From a virus (taxonomy: Duplodnaviria; Caudoviricetes), in the IMG/VR virus record IMGVR_UViG_3300005689_000302, positions 19,204 through 83,203 of that record: 64,000 bases of DNA; one strand, given 5' to 3'. Under the pieces are notes generated by a model. That model saw only the letters and a program-made list of their open reading frames with translations, was not told the DNA's origin and did not search any database. Of this stretch, positions 9,951 to 19,551 are shown one piece after another. Every line of letters begins with the position of its first letter. The first letter of the stretch is position 1. A program made the position numbers and the translations under genes.

Positions 9951-12900
9951 ATGACCGGCAAACGGTCGTCTCAATATCCGTCCGCGATTCGCTACGCTGC
10001 CGAGTGGCGTGAAGAAGATCACCCGCGCAACGAAGACGGCGAGTTCGTTGAGAAAGACGGCGGCGTCGGCGCTGCGCTCGGCGACGCCTACGAAGGCGAC
10101 GGCGGCGACGACTCGTTCGACTTCGGCCCCGACGACGCCTACAGTCCTGGCGATGGCGAAGCGTTGCAGCTCGGCCCCGACGACGCCTACAGTCCTGGCG
10201 ACTCCTACGAAGGCGACTTTGAAGCGGGCGAGCCTGATACCTCGTTCGACTTCGGCGCCGACGAACCGCCGAAAGCGGGCGGAAAGGTGGCGCAAATTGT
10301 CGACGACGTGCTCGACGACGCCTTCGGGGGCGGCGAAAGCGCCGAGGAACAGCCGCGGCCGGGCGATACCTTCACTTCGCGCGCCACTGGCGCGACCTAT
10401 CCCGCAACGACGCCGAAGCAAGTCGCCGACCTGATCGATCGCCTCAAGGCGATGGACGCCGGCCGGCGCGAGCGCGTAGCGACGGAAGACGACGAGCCGG
10501 AGCTCGACGCCGACGCGCTGGGAATCGACGACGAGGATCAAGAGCTGGACGCCGGCGACTTGGGAATCGCTGGCGTTCCGGAAGACGACGAGCCGATCGA
10601 CCTGGAATCCGTTCCGGAAGACGACGAGCCGATCGATGCGGAAATCGTTCCTGACGCTGACAAGCCGCCGGTCGCTTATCCGCCCGCTGGCGCTCCTGGC
10701 GCCGCTGCCGGCCCTGCCGCCAGCAACCAGCCGGCCGCGGCCCGGCGTCGCCTGACGCTCGAAGCGGTCGCCAAAATCGCCGAGAAGCTCAATACCTACC
10801 TCAAGACCGGAAAGTTCGACGAAGAGGATTTGCGGCGCCTGGGGCAATCGCTCGCCGAGCGCTTCAATCCGCGGCCGGCCCCGGAAGATTCGCCGGCGGC
10901 GGTTGTCGCCGAGCATTTGGATAAGGCGCCGGGAATCGTTGGCGACGCGCTCCGCGCTTTGCACGCCTCGCGGGAAGTGCAGCGCACCGGGCGCACCGAC
11001 AACGCCGACCTGCACGGCGATTATGCGCGGCGCGTCTATCGACACTTACAATCGGTCGCCCGGGAGGGGGACGGGTTCGGCGAAGTCTATGACTTGTCGG
11101 CCGAGCTCGGCCCGGGCGCCGTTGGCTACGCTTCGCCGGCCGGCGTGCTGGCAATGCTTCCCCCGCGGTTCAAGGGGCAAGGCTGGGACGTACGCTACGC
11201 GGCGCAGCCGCCAGGAAGCGAAGCGCGAGCGCCGCTGCCGCAAAAGCCCGACGCCAAGGGGAAGCAGCCGAAGCAACCGAAGGCCCCGCCCGTCGTGGGT
11301 TCGACGCCACCGAAACCGCCAGCGCCGCCGAAACCGCCAAAGCCTACGCCGGCGCCAAAGCCACCGAAGCCCGCGCCAGCGCCAAAGCAACCGAAAGGCC
11401 CCAAGCCGCCGCCCGTCGTCGGATCGGTCCCGCCGAAGCCGCCGAAGCCGCCGAAGGCCCCCAAGCCGGAAAAGGCGCCGAAAGAACAGCGCACGCGAAG
11501 CGAGCATCTTTTGATGGGGAAAATCTCCAAGCTCACCGAAGACCCGGAAGAGCAACGCGCAATCTACGACGCCGCCCGCGAGCTGCACAACATGCGGCAA
11601 AACGAAATGAGCGACCTGCTGCAAGCGCGCAACGATCTTTTGCCGTACAGCAACAAAATCGACAACGCCGCCTTCATCCGCAACCTGCAGCGGATCATGG
11701 CCAAGGGCGGCGACGAAGAAACGCTGATGAAGACGCCGCTCGGCCGGCGGTGGGATCAACTGCTCGAGCGGGCGCAGAAGGATTACCCGCACCTTCTCGG
11801 CGGCGGCAAGCGGAAGCTCGACCCGTCAAGCGCGCTGATGGATTTGCTTTCCAAGCCGGCGACGGAGTTCGAAATCCCGCCGCTGCACTCCGACGAATCG
11901 CTGGCCGAGGCGGTCAGCTTCATCCAAAGCCAAGCCAACGAACCGGAGTTTGTTCCGGATCCCGCGCTGGATGCGGTTCCGTTTGCGCTCTCGCGCGCGA
12001 CGGTGATTCGCTATCGGCGGTGGGCGATGTCGGCGCTCGGTCGCTATCGGGCGGCGCGGGCGGCGGCGCGAAAATACTCGAAAGAGTGGAAGGAATCGCA
12101 GCATCCCCGCGAAGACGACGGGAAGTTTGCCGAGAAGGATTCCGGAGCGCATAATGGCGGCGCCATGAACGCCAATCTGCCAATCGCGACGCCGCCTAAT
12201 GACTCCGTTAACGACTCGCGCCTCGTTGCCGGCGAAACCATTCCGCGCGGAGAATCCTACGACGACGCTCTTGCGATTTACAACGCCTGGCAAAAGCGCA
12301 ATCCCCGGCCGCCCGCCTTGTACGAAGCGAAGCTGCCGGAGATTCCCAAAGGCACGCCCGATCGTGCGCGACTCAAAGCCGAGCAAGAGGCCCCTTACAT
12401 CGCGGCGCAGAAGGAATACGAAGCCAATCTTCAAGCGGTGAGTCGCCTGAGCGGATACGCCGAACACTCGCTGGCGAAGCACAAAGCCGAGCAAGCGGCT
12501 CGCGAATCCCAAAGCGCCGCCAAGCACGCCGACAAACTAAAGGCGCTCGCATGGGCGCAAAGCCACGCCGGAAAAAACCAATACGCGCAGCAAGCGATCG
12601 ACGACATTCGCCGCGGCGACGATCCGCTGCGCTCCGTTCATCGCGCCTGGTATCCCGGCGCCGCGCAGTATGCGATCAAGCAGCTCAAGAAGCTCGGCGC
12701 CAAGCGCGAGCACACGAGCGAAAAGAGCGCTTCGGCCGGTTCGGTCTATTACGGCTTGCCGGATGGGCGACGCATTCGGATCAGCGATCACGAACTGCCG
12801 TTGACGGAGGAACGCCAGTGGAATCGCTCGCAAGGGATTCGCGGCCGGTGGCGGGAAATCGTTCTCGATCGCGTCATTCCTCCCGAGGAAATCGACGCGA

Positions 12901-13373
12901 TGATCGACGATGCCGTAACGGGTGGGAACGACGATGAAGAGTTTGTCGAGAAGGACGGCGCGGCGCATAATGGCGACGCTATGAATCTCACTCTCTATCG
13001 CGCTACAGACGATCCGATCATTGTTGGTTCGGCTAGTTTCTCTACCTCGCGCGAAGCGGCGGAAGCGTATTTGAATAATCCCGGCTTCGGCGGTTCGACG
13101 TTGTATCGAGCGGATGTTGAAATCGACCCGGATACGCTGCTCGACGTTTTCGATATGGACACCGAAGACGCCATTGAAGCCATTCGAGAAGTTGCCGACC
13201 TGCCGCATCCCGGCGCCATCGGTGCCGACGAATGGGTGCCTCGCATCGCTGAAACGCTTCGCGACGCCGGCATTGAATGGGTGCGCGTGAGGGAAAGCTA
13301 TCCCGTTGACAGCGAAACCTACATTTTCGTTGGCGGCGACGATCCGGAGCTAGAAGAAGCGACGGACGAATAG
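9951..13373 (+). CDS. Second polyvalent/virion-internal polyprotein with acidic and Pro/Lys-rich linkers and a C-terminal ADP-ribosyltransferase-like module
   Basis: Two W-x-E-x-x-HPR-x-x-DG-[KE]-F motifs. C-terminal LYR...SFSTSREAAEAY...ESYPVDSETY resembles the ART R-S-E pattern. Confidence 0.6.
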   Translation: MTGKRSSQYPSAIRYAAEWREEDHPRNEDGEFVEKDGGVGAALGDAYEGDGGDDSFDFGPDDAYSPGDGEALQLGPDDAYSPGDSYEGDFEAGEPDTSFDFGADEPPKAGGKVAQIVDDVLDDAFGGGESAEEQPRPGDTFTSRATGATYPATTPKQVADLIDRLKAMDAGRRERVATEDDEPELDADALGIDDEDQELDAGDLGIAGVPEDDEPIDLESVPEDDEPIDAEIVPDADKPPVAYPPAGAPGAAAGPAASNQPAAARRRLTLEAVAKIAEKLNTYLKTGKFDEEDLRRLGQSLAERFNPRPAPEDSPAAVVAEHLDKAPGIVGDALRALHASREVQRTGRTDNADLHGDYARRVYRHLQSVAREGDGFGEVYDLSAELGPGAVGYASPAGVLAMLPPRFKGQGWDVRYAAQPPGSEARAPLPQKPDAKGKQPKQPKAPPVVGSTPPKPPAPPKPPKPTPAPKPPKPAPAPKQPKGPKPPPVVGSVPPKPPKPPKAPKPEKAPKEQRTRSEHLLMGKISKLTEDPEEQRAIYDAARELHNMRQNEMSDLLQARNDLLPYSNKIDNAAFIRNLQRIMAKGGDEETLMKTPLGRRWDQLLERAQKDYPHLLGGGKRKLDPSSALMDLLSKPATEFEIPPLHSDESLAEAVSFIQSQANEPEFVPDPALDAVPFALSRATVIRYRRWAMSALGRYRAARAAARKYSKEWKESQHPREDDGKFAEKDSGAHNGGAMNANLPIATPPNDSVNDSRLVAGETIPRGESYDDALAIYNAWQKRNPRPPALYEAKLPEIPKGTPDRARLKAEQEAPYIAAQKEYEANLQAVSRLSGYAEHSLAKHKAEQAARESQSAAKHADKLKALAWAQSHAGKNQYAQQAIDDIRRGDDPLRSVHRAWYPGAAQYAIKQLKKLGAKREHTSEKSASAGSVYYGLPDGRRIRISDHELPLTEERQWNRSQGIRGRWREIVLDRVIPPEEIDAMIDDAVTGGNDDEEFVEKDGAAHNGDAMNLTLYRATDDPIIVGSASFSTSREAAEAYLNNPGFGGSTLYRADVEIDPDTLLDVFDMDTEDAIEAIREVADLPHPGAIGADEWVPRIAETLRDAGIEWVRVRESYPVDSETYIFVGGDDPELEEATDE
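12127..12155 (+). promoter_or_regulatory. Intragenic sigma70-like promoter 1
   Basis: TTGCCG-N17-CATAAT with an in-frame ATG at 12165. Confidence 0.55.
12943..12971 (+). promoter_or_regulatory. Intragenic sigma70-like promoter 2
   Basis: TTGTCG-N17-CATAAT with an in-frame ATG at 12981, same geometry as promoter 1. Confidence 0.55.
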
Positions 13374-13474
13374 ACCTTCCTAGTACGCCCGAAAACCGCG
13401 CGCACGTCGTCGTCTGCCTAGCGGCCGAAAGCGATTAAACGCTTCGCGCCGCCCCTTGTCCTGCCTGTTTCATC

Positions 13475-13714
13475 ATGCCCGAACAATCTCCCGCGTCTGC
13501 GCGCGCCGACCGCCGCGACGAACAACGCCGCCTCGTGCTTGCCGAGTGCGTCGGCTTCCTCGACGGCTCGCTGGCCGATCGTTTGGTCGCCGGCTACTAC
13601 GGCGAAGTGTCGGTCACGATTAAGATTGCCGACGGCGTGCCGGTCTGTATCCTCACTTCGGCTCCCCAAACCAAGCAGCTCAAGTGGCAAGCAACTCCCC
13701 CGAGCACGCGCTAG
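13475..13714 (+). CDS. Small hypothetical protein
   Basis: Protein-like ORF (GYYGEVSVTIKIADG). Confidence 0.5.
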   Translation: MPEQSPASARADRRDEQRRLVLAECVGFLDGSLADRLVAGYYGEVSVTIKIADGVPVCILTSAPQTKQLKWQATPPSTR

Positions 13715-14139
13715 TTAGCGACGCCTGGCGGATCCTCGACGCGCTCGACCTGGCCGAAATCGACCGAAGGATTGAATTTCTCGAAACGGCGCTCGTCGAA
13801 TACAAGTCGCTCGCCGCCATCAAACGGATCGAAGCCCGCCGGCCGGCGGGGCTGGTGTATCCGCCGCTGACGATCCCGCTCACCGACCTGGACGCCGCCG
13901 CTCGCGGGCGGGCGCCGCGCCGCTCGGCCGATGAAATGATCGAGCTGGTGTCGGCGTTTCTCGACGGCGGGCCGCGGAAGACGGCCGACATTGCCGCCCA
14001 CGTCGGCTGCAAGCGGGCGACGATCGAACAACACTTATCGAGCTATCACCATCGGGTCTATGTCCGCGTCGGCCGCGGCTTGTGGGCGCTGCGCCATCCG
14101 CGGCCGGCGACAAGCGACGCCGCCACGATGCCGGCCTAG
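13684..14139 (+). CDS. Winged-HTH DNA-binding protein
   Basis: C-terminal GPRKTADIAAHVGCKRATIEQHLS...RVGRGLWAL. Confidence 0.55.
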   Translation: MASNSPEHALVSDAWRILDALDLAEIDRRIEFLETALVEYKSLAAIKRIEARRPAGLVYPPLTIPLTDLDAAARGRAPRRSADEMIELVSAFLDGGPRKTADIAAHVGCKRATIEQHLSSYHHRVYVRVGRGLWALRHPRPATSDAATMPA

Positions 14140-14188
14140 CGTTCGACACGGTTCGACGCTCGCGAAAAAGCGTTTCTCTTTTTTTTGT

Positions 14189-14217
14189 TTGTCCGAAGGC
14201 GATCGACCTTCTACGAT
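14189..14217 (+). promoter_or_regulatory. Candidate promoter for the head genes
   Basis: TTGTCC-N17-TACGAT after a T-tract, upstream of the protease gene. Confidence 0.5.
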
Positions 14218-14328
14218 TCCACTGACTGAGGCGCTCGGCGCTCTTCCCCCTCTCGCCGTCGCCTGCCGCTGAAAGCCGTCGCTCCTGCGCGACTCGCTGC
14301 TCGTCTTTTCCCGCCTGCCTCCCGCCTG

Positions 14329-15957
14329 ATGCCGCTCGCGCCTGCCCTGGGCCAGCCGGCCCCGCGCCTCGCGCGTGCGTCCGCTGCTGGTCCCGCCGCC
14401 GACCCCCTCGACTCGCTGCGTCCTACCGCGCTGCTCGACAACGCGGAAGACGCCGGCGAGTTCGTCGTGATTGACGGCGTGCCGATCTTCGACGCTCACG
14501 TCGGGGATGACGGCACGGAATACGACGAGCGCCTGCTCGCGCAAATCGCCGAGAACAACAACCGCCGGATTCGCGATACGGGCGACTTTTGCCCGCTGGT
14601 GATTGGGCATACGCCCGAGGATCCCAGCTCGGATAAAGACCCGCCGCTGGTCGGCATGGCCGGCCCGTTCAAGGTCGGGATGTTCGGCGACGAGAAGCCG
14701 CGGCCGTGCATCTTCGCCAAGTTTTGGGTCTGGAAACACAAGCTGCGCCAGTTCAAGGAACACCCGCGGCGCAGCGTGGAGCTCTGGCCGGAGAACGCGC
14801 CCGAAGAACGGTTCTTCGACCCGATCGCTCTGCTCGGCGCGGAAACGCCGCGGCGGGCGCTCGGCCTGGCCTACGCCAAAGCGCAGCCGGGCCGCAAGCA
14901 GCCGATCCGCTACGAAATGGCCGCCGCTGCGGCCCCAAGCGGCACGAACACCTTTTTGCCGTCGGGCGGCCTCGCCAAGCGCGACGCCGGCGACGAACCC
15001 ACCAAATATCAACAGGCGCCCGCCATGCCTTTCTCGCCCGAAGACGTCCAGCAATTGGTCGAAGCCCTCAAGCCGACGATCCAAACGCTCGTCAGCGAAG
15101 CGATGCAAGCCGTTCAAAATCCCGAGCCGGATATGACCGGCCTGGATGATGACTTCGGCGGCGATGACCTGGCCTTCAGCGAGCCGGGCAACCTCGATCC
15201 GATGGCCGACCCAATGGCCGATCCCGCTGGCGATCCGATGGGCGATCCGCTCGCCGGAGGCGACGCCGGTCGGGAAGACGCGAGCCTCAACGATGAAGGC
15301 CTGGACGATGTCGGGCCGGGCGACGGATTCGATGACTCTGGCCTGGAAAACGACGCCGATCCGATCCCGGCGGAAGATGAGGATCCCGAACGCTATGCCA
15401 ATATGGGCGCCGCCACCGCGGGCGCTCCGCTTGCCAACCTTATGAACAAAGCAGCTCCCGTCGGCCCGAACAAGTTTCAGAAACAGCGCGACGAATGGAA
15501 GCTGCGCTACCAGAAGGAAAAGGCCGGCCGCGAACAGGCGATCGCCGAGCGCGACCGCTACAAGAAGGAGCGCGACGAAGCGCTCAAGGCGCAGCGCTAT
15601 GCGAAACGCCTCGCCGACGCGATCAACCTGCGCAACGAAGGCTACACGCTCGAGCCGGAAGAAGAAGTCGGCGATTTTCTGCACCTGAGCGATGCACAGT
15701 GGGATAGCCACGTTGCCCACGCTCGCGTCCGCTATCAGAAGGTGCCGCTGGGCACGGTCGCCATTCCGCGCGATGAAGCGATGGAATACGCCGCTCGCGA
15801 ACAGCGCGCCCGCTTCGCCGAGAAGGCGGAAAAGGTCGCCACGCGCTACCAGAAGACGCCGGGCAAGAAGCATATCACTTACGCCCACGTCCTCAAGCAC
15901 ATCATCGCCAACAAAGGCCAGCTCAACGAAGAGCTGCTGGCGCAAGAAGTCGCCTAG
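14329..15957 (+). CDS. Mu-like prohead protease with C-terminal scaffold
   Basis: PLVIGHT...RRSVEL...IALLGAETP protease-like region, acidic linker and helical charged C-terminus. Lies upstream of the capsid genes. Confidence 0.75.
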   Translation: MPLAPALGQPAPRLARASAAGPAADPLDSLRPTALLDNAEDAGEFVVIDGVPIFDAHVGDDGTEYDERLLAQIAENNNRRIRDTGDFCPLVIGHTPEDPSSDKDPPLVGMAGPFKVGMFGDEKPRPCIFAKFWVWKHKLRQFKEHPRRSVELWPENAPEERFFDPIALLGAETPRRALGLAYAKAQPGRKQPIRYEMAAAAAPSGTNTFLPSGGLAKRDAGDEPTKYQQAPAMPFSPEDVQQLVEALKPTIQTLVSEAMQAVQNPEPDMTGLDDDFGGDDLAFSEPGNLDPMADPMADPAGDPMGDPLAGGDAGREDASLNDEGLDDVGPGDGFDDSGLENDADPIPAEDEDPERYANMGAATAGAPLANLMNKAAPVGPNKFQKQRDEWKLRYQKEKAGREQAIAERDRYKKERDEALKAQRYAKRLADAINLRNEGYTLEPEEEVGDFLHLSDAQWDSHVAHARVRYQKVPLGTVAIPRDEAMEYAAREQRARFAEKAEKVATRYQKTPGKKHITYAHVLKHIIANKGQLNEELLAQEVA

Positions 15958-16005
15958 CGGCTCGTCGCCAACCACCATTCACTGTTTCGGGTATCGCACA
16001 CATCG

Positions 16006-16051
16006 AGCCTGCTTTTGTTCCGCCTCGCGGCGGATGAAGGCGGGCTTTTTT
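16006..16051 (+). terminator. Long hairpin followed by a T-run (terminator or processing site)
   Basis: AGCCTGCTTTT...TCCGCC-TCGC-GGCGGA...GAAGGCGGGCT then TTTTT. Confidence 0.45.
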
Positions 16052-16068
16052 CGTTTTGGAAGTGACTC

Positions 16069-16464
16069 ATGGCAAAAGAAGGTTTGCTCGTAAAGGCCGG
16101 CGGCGACATCAACCCGAGCCGTTTCGTGACCGGCAACGGTTCGTATACGGTCGTGGAAGCGAACGCCGCCGATCAGAAGATCGTCGGCATTTCGCAAGAG
16201 GGAACGAAAGTCGCGCCGCAAACGGGCGCTTCGACGCTGGCCGCCGAAGACGGCGATCAGCTCCGCATCTTCACCGCCGGCGACATTTGCCTTTTGGAAA
16301 TGGACGCCAGCGGATGCACGGCCTGGGACTACCTCAAGCCGGACAACGACGGTAAGGGCGACGTCGCCAGCTCGGGCGATCCGGTCGCGGCGCTGGCGCT
16401 GGAAACCGTCTCTGGCGGCGAAAAGGCGCACGTCATCGTCCTGCCGCCGTTCGATATGGGCTAA
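16069..16464 (+). CDS. Capsid decoration/cement protein (DUF2190-like)
   Basis: 131 aa beta-rich protein (AGGDI.P.RFV, IVGIS, AAEDGD) immediately before the MCP. Confidence 0.7.
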   Translation: MAKEGLLVKAGGDINPSRFVTGNGSYTVVEANAADQKIVGISQEGTKVAPQTGASTLAAEDGDQLRIFTAGDICLLEMDASGCTAWDYLKPDNDGKGDVASSGDPVAALALETVSGGEKAHVIVLPPFDMG

Positions 16465-16602
16465 GCGGCCCCGCGCCGCTGACAACTTCTTCCTGGGTAT
16501 TGAACAAATCAAGCCCGTCGCCAAGCGCGCTGCCTGTCCGGCAACCGCGCACGCAACGGGCTTGGCGACGGGCGCTCCTCTTCTCTCTAAGGAACGCTTC
16601 GC

Positions 16603-17640
16603 GTGCCCGCTTTTCCTTCGCAATACAACACCTACCTGCCTTCGACGGAAGCGACGAAGCACCTGGTCGTCGACTATTCGCGGAATCCGAATTCGTTCGC
16701 GCTGCCGAGCTGGGCGCAGTACGTGAAGGTTTCCAAGAACGTCGGCCGTTACATTGAAATGACGGTCGAAATGGCCGGCCGGCTGTTGTCGACCGACGGC
16801 GCCGATCTGATGTGGGCCGACGGCGCCGATGAACCGGCGGGCAACGGCAACGTCGAGTCGTTCGACTTCAAGCCTTACCTGACGCAGCGTTTCACGTCGG
16901 CGTACAGCCTGGGCGATCTCTCCGTCGAGCAAGCCGAGTGGGACATTCTCGCGCAGCACGCCCGGATCCACGCACAGCGGATGATGACCTTCCGCACGCA
17001 GAAGGCGGTGACGCTGATTCAAACCAGCGGCAACTGGCCCTCGGGCAACACTAGCGCCGTCAGCTCGATTTCCGGCGTGACCGGCAAGCACGACGTTTCC
17101 ACCACCGCCCGCCGCGACATCAAGCGCTCGCTCGATTACGGCGCCGACGTGATTCGCAAGGCCACGCTCGGCGCGGTCAAGCCAGAGGACTTGATCTTCC
17201 TCGTCTCGCCGGGCTATGCTCGCAAAATCGCCAACTCGCAAGAGATTGTCGATTACATCAAGGGCTCGCCGGCGGCCGAGAAGGACGTCAAAGAGGGCCT
17301 CGGCCCCAACTCGCAATACGGGCTTCCCACTACGCTGTATTCCTACCCCATCCGGGTGGAAGACGCAGTCAAAGTGACTTCCCGCAAGGGCGCGACGAAA
17401 GCGACGTCGTACATCATGAGCGATAGCTCGCCGGTCTTGCTGTCGCGCGTCGGCGGCCTCGAAGGCGTCGAAGGCTCGCCGAGCTTCTCGACCGTCACCG
17501 TCTTCCTGAAGGAAGAAATGACCGTCGAAAGCAAGCACGATCGCGACAATCGCCGCCACAAAGCGCGCGTCGTCGATGACTTCGACGTCAGACTCACTTC
17601 CGGAATTTCGGGTTTTCTCTTTACGTCGGCTTGTGACTGA
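16603..17640 (+). CDS. Major capsid protein
   Basis: 345 aa, AAGGA RBS, position after protease and decoration genes, Mu/E-like capsid character. Confidence 0.8.
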   Translation: MPAFPSQYNTYLPSTEATKHLVVDYSRNPNSFALPSWAQYVKVSKNVGRYIEMTVEMAGRLLSTDGADLMWADGADEPAGNGNVESFDFKPYLTQRFTSAYSLGDLSVEQAEWDILAQHARIHAQRMMTFRTQKAVTLIQTSGNWPSGNTSAVSSISGVTGKHDVSTTARRDIKRSLDYGADVIRKATLGAVKPEDLIFLVSPGYARKIANSQEIVDYIKGSPAAEKDVKEGLGPNSQYGLPTTLYSYPIRVEDAVKVTSRKGATKATSYIMSDSSPVLLSRVGGLEGVEGSPSFSTVTVFLKEEMTVESKHDRDNRRHKARVVDDFDVRLTSGISGFLFTSACD

Positions 17641-17643
17641 AAT

Positions 17644-18816
17644 TCAGTCAGAGACAAGTTGAAGCAAAGGAGAAAAGTCGTTGTCAAGAATGTGACGCGG
17701 GTAGATTTCTATCAACTTGGCGCCGCACTCCTGATAGCGACTGCACTTCAGCGATTTCGTCTGCTCGTATTTTGTGGAGTTCGTGACGCCCCACACTTCA
17801 ATGTAGGTGTCGCCCACAAGAAAATCGCCTCGGTGATTCGACTTCCAAGGAACCTTCGGTTCTGTTCGATGAAGAATGCCGTGGCTGTAAAGCCAGTTGC
17901 AGACAGCTCGCTCTAGCCCTGAACGAACAACGTGATTGTCGTCGCATTTCAGGCGCCTTCCCCAGCCCTCGTAGCGATTGCGAATGCCTTTCTGTTTTAG
18001 GCGCGAACTGACTATCCGGTCTGTGGACCCTAAAGCGCGAGAGATTTCCTGAACTGTCATTCCTGAGTCATAGAGTCGAACGATTTCATCGACTGGCACT
18101 TCGATCCAGTTTGGATTGTCGGGGCCGTGAAAACCGGCGAATTCATGCGAGTAGGCGGATCGAGGTTTGGTCGCCGCGCCCATCGCGTGAAGTCGATAGA
18201 TGATGCCCGCCGGCGAAACGCCGTATCGTTCAGCAAGAACGAAGCTGCTGTCGCCGGCAAGATACTCGGCAAGAATCTGCTGATCGTCCAACTTGTCGCT
18301 CTTCGGGCGGCCAGTTGGAAGGCCGGAGCAATTCCTGTCTCGATAGCGGGATGCAGTCGCTAGGTGAAGGGCGTGACCTCGCTCGCTTTGGGCGTAGCGT
18401 TTCCTGCGTTCCTTCACTTCCGGCCGACGTTCGTATTCGAGTCGTTTCGCCTTTCCCTCGGGTGACTGCCGATAAGCCTTGCCTCGCTCATTCTCGCGCT
18501 GGCGAACGCCGTCCTTCAACCGATGGCGCCGCTGGGCAATCCGGGCTTGCTGGCGATTGTATTCCTCGACGGTCGAGCCGAGCTCGGCCGCGACGCTGAC
18601 CTTTGACCGCTTCGGCTTCACGCCGAGACGCCGATTCCGTTCCGTTTCATAGATTCGCTTGCACGGTCGGCAAAAAGAGAACACGCCCGACTTGGCGCGT
18701 CGAGACGGCGGGAAATCGCCGATCGGCTTGGTTTGTCCGCATCGCGGACAGAGTTTTGTAATCGGCTTGTCCCTGTGACAAGCGGCGCATTGCGCGGTAG
18801 GCTCTGAGACAGCCAT
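17644..18816 (-). CDS. Free-standing homing endonuclease-like protein (Zn finger, HTHs, PD-(D/E)xK nuclease)
   Basis: CxxC pairs at the N-terminus, two HTH-like segments, RSGLE...GDFLVGDTYIEVWG nuclease motif. Antisense, lower GC, abuts the MCP stop. Confidence 0.7.
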   Translation of the reverse strand: MAVSEPTAQCAACHRDKPITKLCPRCGQTKPIGDFPPSRRAKSGVFSFCRPCKRIYETERNRRLGVKPKRSKVSVAAELGSTVEEYNRQQARIAQRRHRLKDGVRQRENERGKAYRQSPEGKAKRLEYERRPEVKERRKRYAQSERGHALHLATASRYRDRNCSGLPTGRPKSDKLDDQQILAEYLAGDSSFVLAERYGVSPAGIIYRLHAMGAATKPRSAYSHEFAGFHGPDNPNWIEVPVDEIVRLYDSGMTVQEISRALGSTDRIVSSRLKQKGIRNRYEGWGRRLKCDDNHVVRSGLERAVCNWLYSHGILHRTEPKVPWKSNHRGDFLVGDTYIEVWGVTNSTKYEQTKSLKCSRYQECGAKLIEIYPRHILDNDFSPLLQLVSD

Positions 18817-18926
18817 GATTCGCCCTTTCTTCGGAAGGGTGGTTGTGGTGAGAGCCGCCAGTGGTGCGTCAACACCTTGGCGGCTCGCTTCATTTTAGCG
18901 GCCGTGCAGCAAAAGCAAGTTTTCGC

Positions 18927-19436
18927 ATGGCCGCTTTCGCCACTTCCGCCGATATGCTCGCGCGCTACGACGCGCGATCGCTCGGCGACTTGTGCAGCGA
19001 CAACGGCGAACCGGTGACGGCGGCGCAGCTTGCCGCCAACTCGAAGATGACGACGGCGCTCGCCGACGCGACGGGGCAAATGCTGGCGGCCTGCCTTCGC
19101 GGCGGCCGCTACACGGCGGCCGACCTGGCCGGCCTGACCGACGAATCGCTGAGCTACCGCAACCGCATCTGCTGCGTGCTGGCGTTCTGGAACCTATGGG
19201 ACCGGAAACCTTACACGAGCGACGAAGCGCGGAAGGCGGCGAAAGAGGAAGCGAAGGAAATGCTCGAAATGCTCCGCACAGGCGAGCAGATCTTCGACGT
19301 CGCCGCCACGATCGCCGCCAGCATCCCCGACGTCGACACCGTAACCAACGTCGAAATCGCCACCTGGAATCTACTGCCCGATCAATGCCGGCATGGCCGG
19401 TATTACCCGCGGCGGCGCACGTTCAACAACCGCTAA
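18927..19436 (+). CDS. Head-tail adaptor (Mu gp36/DUF1320-like)
   Basis: MAAFATSADMLARYD...ALADATG...GRYT...ICCVLA pattern. Follows the MCP. Confidence 0.75.
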   Translation: MAAFATSADMLARYDARSLGDLCSDNGEPVTAAQLAANSKMTTALADATGQMLAACLRGGRYTAADLAGLTDESLSYRNRICCVLAFWNLWDRKPYTSDEARKAAKEEAKEMLEMLRTGEQIFDVAATIAASIPDVDTVTNVEIATWNLLPDQCRHGRYYPRRRTFNNR

Positions 19437-19551
19437 GGCGGCTCAAGGGGCGCGGCGGCTACGCGCAGTCAGCGGGATCATGCGGCCGCTGATGGGCGCC
19501 GCCGCGACCCTTGGCCGCTTCTCTCCTTCCGACTTCTGACGTTTTTTTCTT

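Noticed and set aside
14035-15978. Long antisense ORFs here and elsewhere (e.g. 2872-3960, 15979-17559, 35155-36831, 43516-44904)
   Set aside because: Typical high-GC shadows of real genes on the opposite strand, with no motifs.
17641-18926. Group I intron housing the endonuclease
   Set aside because: The MCP ends with its own stop and the next gene starts intact. No interrupted exon or intron core is seen, and the ORF is antisense.
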